A stretch of DNA of 64,000 nucleotides from Sedimentisphaerales bacterium (GTDB lineage Bacteria > Planctomycetota > Phycisphaerae > Sedimentisphaerales > SM23-30): NCBI GenBank assembly GCA_963666285.1, contig OY762711.1. One strand, given 5' to 3'. Positions 28,004 through 40,400 of this stretch are shown in pieces (within the stretch, counting starts at the first letter, position 1; each line of letters begins with the position of its first letter). A program made the position numbers and the translations under genes. The notes below the pieces were generated by a model that was not told where the DNA came from, did no database searches, and saw only the letters and a list, made by a program, of their open reading frames with translations.

Positions 28004-29410
28004 CTAGTTATCAATCATACACCCCAGTTTATCACTCATACATTCAAGCCAGCTTCCTGCCATTAAAGCGAAATCTACCAAATCTGTATCACAATCACCA
28101 TCAATATCACCATGACCGGCTGGATAACCGGCGGCAATATCAGATGGGTCTGCTTTGGCCGCTTCACACGCATTTACATAAACACCAACATTTAGCTGAT
28201 CAGTTACGGAACCAACCACATCAGAAACAGTTAACTGGAACAGGAACCAGCCGTCACCATCTATATCCACTGTTGTTACAACGGAATCAGGACTGTTTAT
28301 TGTCACAGTTGTGCCCGGTGCCTGTTCGAGCGGATTCGATAGATCTTCCCATAATATAGTAACTGGACTCTTTCCATCGTCATTATAATTCCCCATTAAG
28401 GTGAACTGCGTATCCCCGTCTTCCAGCCATACATATTGATCTGCACCGGCATACACATCTGTTGGTGCTGAATCTGCTGTCTGGAAATACCACACAGGAC
28501 CTGATGCTGTAGTACCCATACTTGGATCAGTTATATACACTTTCCAATAATAGTGTTTATTAGGGCTAAGTGAAACTGTTGCTGACTCCTGAGTTTCGTC
28601 AACTACTAGTACTTGCACTCCTTCATCATACAATTCCGGGCCCATATTAGGATCGGTCGCCATTTTTACATCACTTTCATACAAATATGCCATAGCGGTA
28701 ATAGGCTGTGCCGGATCATTTGGATCTGGGTTTGACCAGCTTACAGTAGTTGACGTTGCAGGATAACCACTATTATCTGCCGGCACCGGATTCTGCGGCG
28801 GTTGTCCGCCATAATAACCAATTGTCACACCAGTCATTGCTTCAGATGATGCCGGATCTACCGGAGGAGCAACAATCTGGAATCCTACCTGCAGAATATA
28901 TCCATTATATGATGGATCTATATTTAGCTCTAATTTATGATCTCCTGCTGTAAGATCTTCAGTGTACATGCCGATGAAATTATAACCGGGGGCAAAGACC
29001 TTAAAAAAGGCATAAGCCGGAGTACCTGCCGGCAAATCGTTCGATTTTACTCTGAATTCAAATATTGCTTTCTCTCCGGCAAAGTCTATCCCATTTATTT
29101 CATAATATAAATTAGCCTCAACCTGCTTATTACCCAACCCTGTTGTAGGATTAACCCAGTATTCATCGCCTGGAGCATAATTATTTGTATTCAGCTGCAT
29201 ATAAATCATATCATTTTCAACAAAACTTGCTCGCAAGTCTGCAATTCCCCAGGAACTACCCCAAAGATACCCGCCGCCGTTGGCTGGCAGTTCATACACA
29301 TTCACATATCCGTTCCATGATTCATCGGGACCGGGTATGAATGTAACATCAGCTTGAACAGATGAAAATACCAAAAACAACATCGCAAACACTGCAATTA
29401 CTTTTTTCAC
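28004..29410 (-). CDS. Secreted multidomain protein: unassigned N-terminal domain, Ig/PKD-like domains, dockerin-like tail
   Basis: Signal peptide; WNGYVNV...WGSSWG...GLGNK domain; YYWKV...GPVWYFQT; AGADQ...FQLTVSD; GDIDGDCDTDLVDFALMAGSWLEC. Confidence 0.7.
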   Translation of the reverse strand: MKKVIAVFAMLFLVFSSVQADVTFIPGPDESWNGYVNVYELPANGGGYLWGSSWGIADLRASFVENDMIYMQLNTNNYAPGDEYWVNPTTGLGNKQVEANLYYEINGIDFAGEKAIFEFRVKSNDLPAGTPAYAFFKVFAPGYNFIGMYTEDLTAGDHKLELNIDPSYNGYILQVGFQIVAPPVDPASSEAMTGVTIGYYGGQPPQNPVPADNSGYPATSTTVSWSNPDPNDPAQPITAMAYLYESDVKMATDPNMGPELYDEGVQVLVVDETQESATVSLSPNKHYYWKVYITDPSMGTTASGPVWYFQTADSAPTDVYAGADQYVWLEDGDTQFTLMGNYNDDGKSPVTILWEDLSNPLEQAPGTTVTINSPDSVVTTVDIDGDGWFLFQLTVSDVVGSVTDQLNVGVYVNACEAAKADPSDIAAGYPAGHGDIDGDCDTDLVDFALMAGSWLECMSDKLGCMIDN

Positions 29411-29832
29411 TTATGATACCTCCAATTTAAAGAGTTAATCGTTCACCTAAGCCAAAATAGTCTAGGCCTTAACAAGAAACAGGACATATATTACCCACTA
29501 AAGAGTAAAATATTTAAAAAGTCGATTGCGATAAAAACTAGTTCAATAAAATCTATATATCACTGATAAAAATATACTTACTTTGAATAACTATAAGAAC
29601 GTTTTGAAATCATTTTAAGCTTTCTATATATATAATACTTGATATCCAAAAATTTAGAGCCAAAAAATACAAAAAAATACAAAACAGTAAAAAGTTTAGA
29701 CTGTGCACAATCACCAAAACAGCAGCAATAGCCATAAGCAATTGCGATACAACAACTTAAACAAAAACTCGAGCGATAGCAATTATTTTACCGGCATACA
29801 TTTCAAAAAATATTTTTATATTCTGAATACCC

Positions 29833-29861
29833 TTGACCAAAGCTGTAGAAATATGTAATAT
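29833..29861 (+). promoter_or_regulatory. sigma70-like promoter of the PEP-CTERM gene
   Basis: TTGACC-17 bp-TAATAT with TG immediately before the -10 hexamer. Confidence 0.45.
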
Positions 29862-29993
29862 AATCTTATGAGAAGTTTTGCGATTCTTAATATTCAGTTT
29901 TGTCGATAGCTGATTTTTTACTTTCTTGAATATCTATATATTTTTAATTTTATATAATTCTATTTTAATATCACTTTTTTCGGAGGAAAGAAC

Positions 29994-30635
29994 ATGAAAA
30001 AGGTAATGGTTTCCTTATTGTTGCTCTGTCTTGTATCACTTTCTCAAGCTGCTCTTGTTACTGTTGACGAAAATGCTTCCTGGAATGGCTACATGAATGT
30101 TTTTGACACAAGCGGTAACTATCAATGGGGCAGCGGCTGGGGGCTAGCAGACCTTCCCGCTACTTTTGAAAATGGTGAACTTGTCCTAAGAGCAAACACC
30201 AATGTATGGAATGCTGACGACGCATACTGGGTCGATCAGACAACAGGTTTAGGCAACAAAATTATGAATGCTAATTTCTACCAGGAATTAGGTACTGGCT
30301 ATAACGGTCAGACTATATCTCTGGAATACGAAGTAACAGAAAATACTTTAGCCGATGCTGGTTATGTGACACAGGCATTTATTAAAATATTTAACTCAAA
30401 CTATTCTATTAATGATGAAATTTATGCAGATTTGACATTTGGTACAAATACTCTTGAACTGACTGTCGCAGACGATGCTTCTTTAATTGTTCAGGCTGGA
30501 TTTGTTATCCACGGGTTAAATATCGACCCTGCTTCTCCTGAAGCCGCTTTAGACGTTTCTATTGTAGCTGTCCCAGAACCAGCTACCGTTGTATTGCTTG
30601 GTATCGGCGGACTCCTTCTAAAACGCAGAAAATAA
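29994..30635 (+). CDS. PEP-CTERM sorting-domain protein
   Basis: GGAGG RBS; signal peptide; C-terminus VPEPATVVLLGIGGLLLKRRK. Confidence 0.92.
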   Translation: MKKVMVSLLLLCLVSLSQAALVTVDENASWNGYMNVFDTSGNYQWGSGWGLADLPATFENGELVLRANTNVWNADDAYWVDQTTGLGNKIMNANFYQELGTGYNGQTISLEYEVTENTLADAGYVTQAFIKIFNSNYSINDEIYADLTFGTNTLELTVADDASLIVQAGFVIHGLNIDPASPEAALDVSIVAVPEPATVVLLGIGGLLLKRRK

Positions 30636-30679
30636 GCAAACATGGCAATAGTTAGACCTTAACTACTTAACAAATATAT

Positions 30680-30712
30680 AAAAGACTTCTCAAGTATTTT
30701 GAGAAGTCTTTT
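30680..30712. terminator. Bidirectional terminator between convergent genes
   Basis: AAAAGACTTCTCAA-GTATT-TTGAGAAGTCTTTT, a perfect 14-bp stem. Confidence 0.8.
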
Positions 30713-30816
30713 AATTTTACACTAACTGACAATATATTGGTTTGACCTGTTCATAATCAGCCTTCATAAATCAGCTATCGTAATCCTGGATTATTAGACA
30801 TAAAAGTATTCTGCTA

Positions 30817-32298
30817 TTATTGTTCAAGGCGTTTATATACACGCACATAATCAATCATAAATTTCTGCGGAAAACTATTCTCATCTATTATCCTGGCTTC
30901 ATCCGGCCACCAGTTTGATCCTATTGCAAAATTTAATATTATAAAAAACGGCTGATTAAATGGTGCCGGATAATCACCTGTACTGCTCCACCAGCTGGAG
31001 CTTGAATAGTAATTCACATCATCCCAATACCATCTTATCTGGGTTTCATCCCATTCTATCGCATAAACATGGTAATCTGACGACATATCGCCAATCGTGG
31101 TATCCTCACCGCCATTCGAATTGTGGTTATAAGGATCAGAGCTCCCGTAGTGAATCGTGCCGATTGCTTTACTTCCATTTTCCATCATTTCAACAATATC
31201 TATTTCACCACTTGACGGCCAGCCTACACTGGATATATTATCGCCCAACATCCAGAAAGCCGGCCATATGCCATAACCGCCCTCAGGCATTCTTATTTTT
31301 GCCTCTATCCTTCCATATTTGAAACTCTGCTTACCCTGAGTCTTAATCCTCGCTGAAGTAAAATGCATACCGCCATAGTCTTCATTTCGAGCTTTAATAA
31401 TCAAAAAACCATCTTCAATTCGACAATTTTCTTCGCGTGCTGTATAATATTGTTTTTCACCATTACCCCAGCCGCCGTTACCGGTACCAATTTCATTTGT
31501 CCAGTTTGCAGTATCCAAAGATGTCCCGGTAAATTCATCTGACCACACCAGTTCATAGTTTGGCTTAACAATAATATTGTTTAACCATGCTGCTGCAAGT
31601 ACATTCAAATCAATTATATCTATTATTTCTTCACCGCCCAGATTATTATCTTTACTCTCAATCTGCCATACACCTGCTATTTTGGCAAAATCAAAGTTAT
31701 TGACTTCCTCATCTCCATTTAGGTCTGGATCATTAACTACAGCTCCCCTATACAGCTCGATATTATCCCAAAAAGCCTTGCCTGTTGAACCATTTCCGGT
31801 TGATGATGTTAAACACCCTATCCGAACTTCCTTGGTTCCAGTTGGCGCAACAACAGTTTGCGAAAAGTCATACCACTGCCCCGCCGTATGCGAAGATGTC
31901 AGCAAACCCACAGCTGTGACAAACAAACGTGTTCCATTTGGAAAATAATCATCATAAAACTCAAGGGTCATATATGCATTCTTGTTAACCAAAACCTCGT
32001 CTGCATGATAAATCATTTCGCATGATGCAATATATTTCTCTCCCTCGGACGCAGGAAATGATTGACCTAAACCGGTATCATTTGCCCAGATCGCTATCCC
32101 ATAGCCATCCCGGCGATAACCGGCATCTGAATGATGCCATCCATTTACACCCCAGCCACCCCATCCTTCCGGGTAACCATTGGCAAAATGACCTTTTATA
32201 GTGCCGCTTTCAAAATCACCGTTTACTATTAAATTCTGTCCAAACATGAATGTTGGCAATGTTAACACAAAGAATAAAGATATAATTGCTTTACTCAT
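30817..32298 (-). CDS. GH16 beta-1,3-glucanase (laminarinase-like) with N-terminal CBM-like domain and dockerin-like linker
   Basis: NLIVNGDFESG; DLNGDEEVNNFDF; LVWSDEF, GWGNGEKQYY, FTSARIKT, WPAFWMLG, WPSSGEIDIVE (catalytic ExDxxE), DYVRVY. Confidence 0.92.
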   Translation of the reverse strand: MSKAIISLFFVLTLPTFMFGQNLIVNGDFESGTIKGHFANGYPEGWGGWGVNGWHHSDAGYRRDGYGIAIWANDTGLGQSFPASEGEKYIASCEMIYHADEVLVNKNAYMTLEFYDDYFPNGTRLFVTAVGLLTSSHTAGQWYDFSQTVVAPTGTKEVRIGCLTSSTGNGSTGKAFWDNIELYRGAVVNDPDLNGDEEVNNFDFAKIAGVWQIESKDNNLGGEEIIDIIDLNVLAAAWLNNIIVKPNYELVWSDEFTGTSLDTANWTNEIGTGNGGWGNGEKQYYTAREENCRIEDGFLIIKARNEDYGGMHFTSARIKTQGKQSFKYGRIEAKIRMPEGGYGIWPAFWMLGDNISSVGWPSSGEIDIVEMMENGSKAIGTIHYGSSDPYNHNSNGGEDTTIGDMSSDYHVYAIEWDETQIRWYWDDVNYYSSSSWWSSTGDYPAPFNQPFFIILNFAIGSNWWPDEARIIDENSFPQKFMIDYVRVYKRLEQ

Positions 32299-32514
32299 TG
32301 AAAAACCTCCATATATCTTAAGGTAGGATTTTGGGCCAAGTTTCGCTTATACTATTATATTCGTCAATTAGCTGTTTTTAGAGGTATAAAATATAAAAAT
32401 GCCTAAAAACACTTACCTCTTAAATATTTTGTTTCTATTTAATATTGAAATCACATAATTATTTTATATTATTAGAGTTATCTTAAATATTTAATGACGA
32501 CATAGGAGAATATT

Positions 32515-34830
32515 ATGAAAATAAACTACCCATCAAAACTTACAGTATTGGCTCTGTTTACATTATTTTTTCTTCATTCACATTCATATGCAAACGAACA
32601 AGCTATTAGTATAAATCAACAGAATAATTTGAAAATATGGTACCTGCAACCCGCACAAAAATGGAATGAAGCTTTACCTATTGGCAATGGACGTCTGGGA
32701 GCAATGGTATTTGGGGGTATACTTAATGAACGCATCCAGCTTAATGAAGATACTATGTGGGCCGGCCCTCCAGTTTCTCAAGCTAATAATGAACTTTATC
32801 CTGCTATTGTCAAAGCCCGTGAGCTGATTTTCGCTGGTAAATTTCAGGATGCTGACAAAACTGTACAGAAAGTTATGCCCGAAAGAATATCGCCCAGAAG
32901 CTATCAGCCACTGGGAAATATAAAATTTGATTTTGACATTTCTGGAAAAATAGAAGATTATTATCGTGAATTAGACCTAAGTACAGCAATAGCTCGTACA
33001 AGTTTCAATGCTGATGGTGTTAACTATATTCGCGAGGTATTCAGTTCACCTGTACATAACGTACTAGTGATTCACTTTAAGGCAGACAAACCCGGCAATA
33101 TAAATTTTACCGCGACACTTGACAGACCGGCAGATTATACTCTTGAAACTCCTGGAAGTAATACTCTTGCAATGCATGGACAGGTTAGCCATAATGGCAA
33201 ACATCTCGGTGTGAAATATTTCACCCGGTTAATATGTATTCCAGATAATGGCTCCTGCTCTATTCATGACAATAAACTCGCCGTGCGTAACTCAGACAGC
33301 GTAACTCTTTTGCTTGCTGCAAAAACAGACTATAATATTGAAAATCCATTTAATCCACTGCACACAGATCTAAAATTACTTGTCAACTCCGAACTACAAA
33401 CCGCAAGCTTAATAAAATACGATAATATAAAAAGCAATAGCATTAGTGAACATAAAAGACTTTTTGACAGAGTAATACTTAACCTGGAAAAAACTGAGAA
33501 TTCTAACCTGCCTACAGACAAAAGGCTGGAAGCCATAAAAAAAGGCATATCTGACCCTGATTTTTCTACCTTGTATTTTCAGTATGGCCGCTATTTACTG
33601 ATATCTTCATCAAGACCCAGATGTATGCCTGCCAATCTGCAAGGCATTTGGAATGAACACATGGAAGCTCCGTGGAATGCCGATTATCATGTAAATATCA
33701 ATATGCAGATGAACTACTGGCCCGCTGAAGTTTGTAACCTTTCTGAATGTCATGAGCCTTTCTTTAAATTTATTGAAAAAGTGGCTGAAAACAGTAAAGA
33801 TTCTGCCCTGAAAGTTTACAACTGTAGAGGAGCGGTTTTACACCATACAACAGACCCTTGGATGTTTTCTGTACCACTGGGGCACATTCGCTGGGGACTA
33901 TGGCCTATGGCCGGTGGTTGGTGCGCACAGCATTTCATGGAACATTATCGATTCACAAACGACAAGTTATTCCTGCGTAACAGGGCCTGGCCAGTCCTGA
34001 AGGACACTAGTCTGTTTTATCTTGACTATCTGGTAAAAGATCCCCAAAGCGGTAAATTGGTCGCCGGCCCCTGTGGTTCACCAGAAAACGCATTTATCGC
34101 ACCAAACGGCAAAGAAGGTTTTTTAGATATGGGAGCCAGTATGTCTCAACAGATCATTTGGGACTCTTTCACCAACACACTTGAAGCTGCCGATATCCTT
34201 AATATAAAATCTGATTTTGTTAATGATATTCGTTCTGCACTGGCTAACCTGGCATTACCTGGTATTGGTCCTGACAGCAGGCTTCTTGAATGGTCGCAGC
34301 CATTTAAAGAACCTGAACCTGGGCATAGACACATATCTCACGCTTATGCCCTTCACCCAGGCAGACAGTACTCCTACGAAGATACTCCTGCTGAAATCGC
34401 TGCATTACGAAAAAGCATCGACTATCGGCTGGCTCATGGTGGTGGCCATACCGGCTGGAGCAGAGCATGGATTATAAATATGTGGGCCAGGTTAAGAGAA
34501 TCTGAAAAAGCTCATGAAAATCTAATTGCATTATACTGCAAGTCAACCCATCCTAATCTGTTTGATAATCATCCTCCATTCCAGATCGATGGCAACTTTG
34601 GCGGAACAGCCGGTATTGCTGAAATGCTACTTCAAAGTCAAAATGGGAAAATCTTACTGCTGCCTGCCTTACCTGAAGCATGGAAGAATGGAAATGTGAC
34701 TGGCCTCCGTGCGCGAGGTGGTTATGAAATTGACTTAGAATGGGAAAATGGGAAACTTACAAACTACAAAATCAAATCAGATAAAGGAATTTCTGCTGAT
34801 AATATAAATATTATTGACTGCACAAAATAA
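32515..34830 (+). CDS. GH95 alpha-L-fucosidase-like glycosidase
   Basis: [66 protein letters not shown]. Confidence 0.93.
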   Translation: MKINYPSKLTVLALFTLFFLHSHSYANEQAISINQQNNLKIWYLQPAQKWNEALPIGNGRLGAMVFGGILNERIQLNEDTMWAGPPVSQANNELYPAIVKARELIFAGKFQDADKTVQKVMPERISPRSYQPLGNIKFDFDISGKIEDYYRELDLSTAIARTSFNADGVNYIREVFSSPVHNVLVIHFKADKPGNINFTATLDRPADYTLETPGSNTLAMHGQVSHNGKHLGVKYFTRLICIPDNGSCSIHDNKLAVRNSDSVTLLLAAKTDYNIENPFNPLHTDLKLLVNSELQTASLIKYDNIKSNSISEHKRLFDRVILNLEKTENSNLPTDKRLEAIKKGISDPDFSTLYFQYGRYLLISSSRPRCMPANLQGIWNEHMEAPWNADYHVNINMQMNYWPAEVCNLSECHEPFFKFIEKVAENSKDSALKVYNCRGAVLHHTTDPWMFSVPLGHIRWGLWPMAGGWCAQHFMEHYRFTNDKLFLRNRAWPVLKDTSLFYLDYLVKDPQSGKLVAGPCGSPENAFIAPNGKEGFLDMGASMSQQIIWDSFTNTLEAADILNIKSDFVNDIRSALANLALPGIGPDSRLLEWSQPFKEPEPGHRHISHAYALHPGRQYSYEDTPAEIAALRKSIDYRLAHGGGHTGWSRAWIINMWARLRESEKAHENLIALYCKSTHPNLFDNHPPFQIDGNFGGTAGIAEMLLQSQNGKILLLPALPEAWKNGNVTGLRARGGYEIDLEWENGKLTNYKIKSDKGISADNINIIDCTK

Positions 34831-34982
34831 ATACTGAGTTACCACTTTTTTTCAATGTAAATCCTTTATTGATTTTTATATTTCGCGGCATTATAATTTC
34901 TATATTGAAACTAAAAGTATTGTACGCCGTATTTTGCAACAGAATCGGCATAATCAGAAATTACTCAAATTAGAGGTAACTT

Positions 34983-37271
34983 ATGAAAAAAAGTATTGGA
35001 TTTAATTGTGTTTTATTATGTCTACTGATTTCAGCTGTTATTAATATTACAGCTTCAGCTGAACCAGCAACAAATGGGAAATCTCAATATGTCAGACCAT
35101 TAATCGGTACAAAAGGTGAAGGCAATGTTTACCCTGGCCCTTCTGCACCTTTTGGGATGATACAAATCAGCCCGGATACCGACAAAAATCTTTGGGCTAC
35201 TGCTTCCGGATACGAATATTCTGACCCCACGATTCTAGGTTTCAGCCTCACCCATCTTAGCGGCACCGGCATACCGGACCTCGGCGATTTCCTCTTTATA
35301 CCTCAGGTTGGTGAACCGCAGCTCATTTCTGGCGAAAAAGATAAGCCTGAAGATGGATATCAGTCTACTTACAGTCATAACAGCGAAGTAGCAACTGCCG
35401 GTTATTATAAGGTTAAGCTCGATAAACCTGGCGTAACAACAGAACTTACTGCAGGCGTGCGTTCTGGTATGCTTCGATTCACTTTTCCTGCTTCCGAACA
35501 GTCATCAATTATGATCGACCTTGCCCATGTACTAAGTGGTGGTCGCTGGAAAGTTGCTCAATCACGTGTCCGAATTGAAGATGAATGCACTATTACTGGT
35601 TTCCATCTCAATAATGGCTGGGCAAAAGAAAGATACCTCTACTTTGCTGCTAAATTCTCACGTCCTTTTGACGAAGGTTTAATATACAGTAACGGAAAGC
35701 CGGTAATTTATGACAGCCACGCTAATTACCGTTTCCGCAGCCGCAAGGAAGCTGCCGGCAAAGATCTGCGTTTTCTGGCTAAGTACAATACCGCTGAAAA
35801 TGAAATGATTACTGTGAAAGTTGCTGTATCAACAGTCAGCACCGCAAACGCCCAGTTAAATCTCGAAACTGAAATTCCTCACTGGAATTTTGATAAAATC
35901 GTCCGTGATACCTGTATACTTTGGGACACAGAATTAGATAAAGTTGACATCAAGGGCGATTTACAAACTAAAGAAACATTCTATACCGCCTTGTACCACG
36001 CTTTCCTTATGCCCAATACTCATCAGGATGTAAACGGGCAGTATCGCGGATTTGACCAGAATATTCACACAGTTTATGGTGCTGATAAATATACTATTTT
36101 CTCTCTTTGGGACACATATCGTGCTACCCACCCATTGTTCACCTTAATCCAGGCTGATCGTAATTCCGACATGGTCAATTCATTGCTTGCACACTACGAC
36201 CAGAGCGTTGACAACCTGCTCCCAGTTTGGGAACTTCAGGCCAATGAAACCTGGTGTATGATTGGCTATCATGCCGTTCCGGTTATTGCAGATGCTTTCC
36301 TCAAAGGCTGTACTGGCTTCGATCCGGAACACGCTTATGAGGCAATCAAAACTACGGCTATGAATCCTCATTATGATTCAGTTAAGGAATTTGCCGAACT
36401 TGGCTGGGTTCCTTTCGACCAGGAAAATGAAGCCGTTTCAAAGACTCTGGAATATGCCTACGATGATTATACTATAGCTCAAATGGCACAAGCTCTTGGT
36501 AAAACAGAAGACTACAAATACTTTATGGAACGTGCCGACAACTACAAAAATATTTATGATGAAAAAACCGGTTTTATGCGAGGCCGTGATTCTAAAGGCA
36601 ACTGGCGTGAACCATTCGACCCACAAGGATTCGTTCAGGGCGGAGACTTCACTGAAGGTACAAGCTGGCAGTACAGCTGGTACGTACCACATGATGTGCC
36701 CGGCCTGATTAAACTGTTTGGCGGTAAAAAAGCTTTCTGTGAGAAACTGGATAAGCTTTTTGTACTAAACTCTCCCGAAGGTGGCGACTCAGAAGTTGAC
36801 GACATTTACGGTCGTATTGGTGAATACTGGCATGGTAATGAACCTAGCCATCATATAATTTACCTATATTGCCATGCCGGCCAGCCCTGGAAAGCTCAAA
36901 AACTGCTAAATACTGTTATAAGAACACAATACGGTAACGAGCCCGGTTCCCTTACAGGAAATGATGACTGCGGACAGATGTCCGCATGGTATATTTTTAC
37001 CTGCCTTGGTTTCTATCCTATCGCTCCTGCAAGTAATGTATATACAATTGGAGCTCCGCAAATTGAAGAAATCACCTTAAATCTGTCAAATGGTAAAAAA
37101 TTCACAATGAAGGCTGACAAACTCTCCCCTACAAACATATATATACAGTCACTTACTGTTAATGGCAAAGATTGGAACAGCCCTTTCTTGCCATATGAAG
37201 AGCTCAAAAATGGTGGAGATATCCATTTTATAATGGGGCCAAAGCCTAATAAGAACTGGGGCGTCAGGTAA
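34983..37271 (+). CDS. GH92 alpha-mannosidase
   Basis: PFGMIQISPDT, HLSGTG, FSLWDTYR, MIGYH, SKTLEYAYDD, HGNEPSHH, GNDDCGQMSAWY. Confidence 0.94.
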   Translation: MKKSIGFNCVLLCLLISAVINITASAEPATNGKSQYVRPLIGTKGEGNVYPGPSAPFGMIQISPDTDKNLWATASGYEYSDPTILGFSLTHLSGTGIPDLGDFLFIPQVGEPQLISGEKDKPEDGYQSTYSHNSEVATAGYYKVKLDKPGVTTELTAGVRSGMLRFTFPASEQSSIMIDLAHVLSGGRWKVAQSRVRIEDECTITGFHLNNGWAKERYLYFAAKFSRPFDEGLIYSNGKPVIYDSHANYRFRSRKEAAGKDLRFLAKYNTAENEMITVKVAVSTVSTANAQLNLETEIPHWNFDKIVRDTCILWDTELDKVDIKGDLQTKETFYTALYHAFLMPNTHQDVNGQYRGFDQNIHTVYGADKYTIFSLWDTYRATHPLFTLIQADRNSDMVNSLLAHYDQSVDNLLPVWELQANETWCMIGYHAVPVIADAFLKGCTGFDPEHAYEAIKTTAMNPHYDSVKEFAELGWVPFDQENEAVSKTLEYAYDDYTIAQMAQALGKTEDYKYFMERADNYKNIYDEKTGFMRGRDSKGNWREPFDPQGFVQGGDFTEGTSWQYSWYVPHDVPGLIKLFGGKKAFCEKLDKLFVLNSPEGGDSEVDDIYGRIGEYWHGNEPSHHIIYLYCHAGQPWKAQKLLNTVIRTQYGNEPGSLTGNDDCGQMSAWYIFTCLGFYPIAPASNVYTIGAPQIEEITLNLSNGKKFTMKADKLSPTNIYIQSLTVNGKDWNSPFLPYEELKNGGDIHFIMGPKPNKNWGVR

Positions 37272-37303
37272 GACTGTAATACCCAGGTAATTTGTAATAT
37301 CTT

Positions 37304-37334
37304 AAAGGCAGCTTCCCAAAGAAGTTGCCTTTTT
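37304..37334 (+). terminator. Intrinsic terminator after GH92
   Basis: AAAGGCAGCTTC-CCAAA-GAAGTTGCCTTTTT. Confidence 0.75.
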
Positions 37335-37495
37335 CATTATAAATAGATAACCTGTATATGTAATATTTTACATTGTCCCCAATATAGCTGTTTTTATCAA
37401 TATTGATATATAATAGTGTCTATACAGCCATACCACACCTTAGAATAATAAAAAGTATTTGTTTTATATAAATTAACTCGTTGAGGTAAACTGAT

Positions 37496-40400
37496 ATGAA
37501 AAAATCTCAAATTGTATTGTATTTACTAACTCTATTATCAACTTTAGTTAATAATTTACCTGCAGATAATAGACCCAATGTCCTAATTATTCTCGCTGAC
37601 GACCTTGGATACTCTGATCTGAGTTGTTACGGCAGTGAAATACCAACACCTAACCTTGATAAAGTTGCTGCTAATGGTACCAGGTTCAAATCTTTTTACA
37701 CTTCTGCTCGATGCTGCCCTTCCCGTGCGTCTTTAATGACCGGTCTGCATCCGCATCAGGCTGGAATTGGTTCTTTCACTTTTGATTCTCCTCGACCCAA
37801 TATGGGACCGGCATTCACTGGCCATCTGCTGCCGAACTGTGTTACCCTGGCTGAAATACTTGGCGATGCCGGGTATTCTACCTGGATGGTCGGTAAATGG
37901 CACATTGGCATACCCGGTCCTATTAAACGGGGGTTCCAGAATTATTATGGTTTCAAAAACTTCCTGGCACACTCAGAAGATCAATGGGATCAGGATAAAT
38001 ATGTCAGATTACCTCAGGACGTAGAACCTGAACTTCAATACAACAATAATGATTTTTATGTAACTGATGTTTTTTCTGATTATGTCTGTGAATTCTTATC
38101 TCAGGCCGAAAAGCAGGATAAGCCGTTTTTTATGTACCTGGCATACTCCTCACCACATTTTCCAGTCCAGGCACCAAAGGAAACAATTGACAAATACTAC
38201 AATACATACATGCAGGGTTGGGATAAGCTTCGCGCTGAAAGACTTGCCAAACAGAAAAAGCTTGGCCTGTTCGGTCCAGAGGTAAAATTGCCGCCGCGAT
38301 CACTGGTACCTGTTGATAGAGATGATATAGCAAATGGATATGCCGGTAAGCTCAACCCGGCATGGGATGACCTTGAACTGGATCGCCAAAAAGACCTGGC
38401 CAGACGTATGGCAACCTTTGCCGCTATGGTTGAGCATGTTGATCAGGGCGTCGGCAGAGTAGTTGAACAATTGAAAAAATCCGGCAAACTTGACAACACT
38501 CTTATTTTATTCCTTAGCGATAACGGTGCTTGCTACGAATGGGGACCTTTTGGCTTTGACGGTACATCACGAGCTGGTTATACCAGACTGCATAAAGGAA
38601 CCGAACTTGACCAGATAGGTCAGTTCGGCACTCACCATTCATATGGATCAGCCTGGGCTAATCTGGGAAACACACCACTTAATATGTATAAACACTACTG
38701 CCATGAAGGCGGATTGTCCAGCCCGTTAATCTTTTCATGGCCCAAAATGCTAAAAAATACCGGTAGGTGGATAAACGACCCGGCTCATCTTATGGATATT
38801 GTTCCCACTATCCTGGAAGCTACTGGAGCTGAATATCCCGAATATCGAAATATGATAAAGATTCAACCTATGGAAGGTGTTTCTTTACTTAATGCTGCCA
38901 AGGGCAATCGCATGGAAACAAGAATGATTCCTTTCGACCACCAGGGTGCTCATGGCCTGCGCTGGGGTAAATGGAAAATTGTATGGAGCAAGCGCCAGCC
39001 AACACCGGTTACATGGGAACTCTATGATCTTGATATCGATCCGTCGGAGCAGATAAATCTTGCCGGCCAGCATCCCGATCTGGTCAAGAAACTTGTTACA
39101 GATTGGGAAAAATGGGCTGTTAAAGTTGGTGTTGAAGGCTATTGGAAAGATACCGACACATCTGATGCTTCTCCGGAAATTGCCAATAAGGAAATACACA
39201 TCTCTGTTGAGGCCAATCCGGACAATGGTGGTAACGGCGGAGTAATTATTGCTCACGGTGGTAACAGGTATGGATATGCCGTTTATATATCAGAAGGCAA
39301 AGCTGTTTTTGATGTTAGAATTGATGGCAAAATAACTTCTGTTACCTGGCCTGAACCAGTTAGCAATAAAGTTCGAATTGAAGCTGTCCTGGCAAAAGAT
39401 ATAATGTCAATTTCCGTAAATAATTCTCCTGCTATTGAAATTGATTCTCCCGGACTTATTCCTGTCCAGCCTCTTGATCCTATGACTGTAGGTGAAGACA
39501 CATTATCTGCTGCCGGGAATTATTATACTCCTAATAAATTTGAAGGCACAGTTATTTATACCAGGATAATAGCCGATGGAAACCCGCCTGCAGTTATGCC
39601 TGCAATGAGTAAGAAACAGGTTAGAGATGGCTTGAAATCTCATAACAGAGCCTTATATGTGCTTGAAGGGTGGATACGAGATCCTTACATAATAAAAGGA
39701 CCGGACAACTATTTCTACCTGACAGGAACAACTCCAAACCCTGGTGACCCACGCGAACAAAGCGACCCGTACAATACTGGCCTGGGCGATGAATCTCTTG
39801 TTGGGTGGAAAGCCCAGGTATGGCGCAGCAAAAACCTGGTTAAATGGGAATATCTTGGTACCCCGTTTACTTTGCAGGATGGTATATGGTATACAGATAG
39901 ACCGGAACGATTCAACGAAGTTGATCAGCTGCAATGGAGACTTTGGGCCCCTGAATTGCATTGGCTTGGCGACCGCTGGGCACTGGTACACACCAGCCCT
40001 TCGCCAGTCAACGCCGCCAACCTGGCACTCAGCAATGGTTCTGAAGTAGCCGGCCCCTGGGAAAATCCTATGGGTACTAAAATTAAACGTAAACACGATC
40101 CGTCATTGTTCAAGGATGATGATGGTACCTGGTGGATGATCTGGGGTGCTACTGAAATTGCACCTCTCAAGCCAGACTTCTCTGACTTTGCCGGTCCATC
40201 TATAAGGATCAGGCCTGCTGGTGACATGGCCAAAATGGGACACGAAGGCTGCTTGATACAAAAAATCCACGGAAAGTATGTCTTGTTTGGTACCGGCTGG
40301 TCAACAACTAAAGGACGCCGAGGCAGCTATAACCTGTATTATGCCACGGCAGATAAAATCACCGGACCATATAGCGAACGTAAATTTGCCGGTAGATTCC

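Noticed and set aside
29520..29890. Recurrent TGCGAT words and CAAAAAATAC repeats in the divergent promoter region
   Set aside because: Irregular spacing and low complexity; cannot be told from chance by eye.
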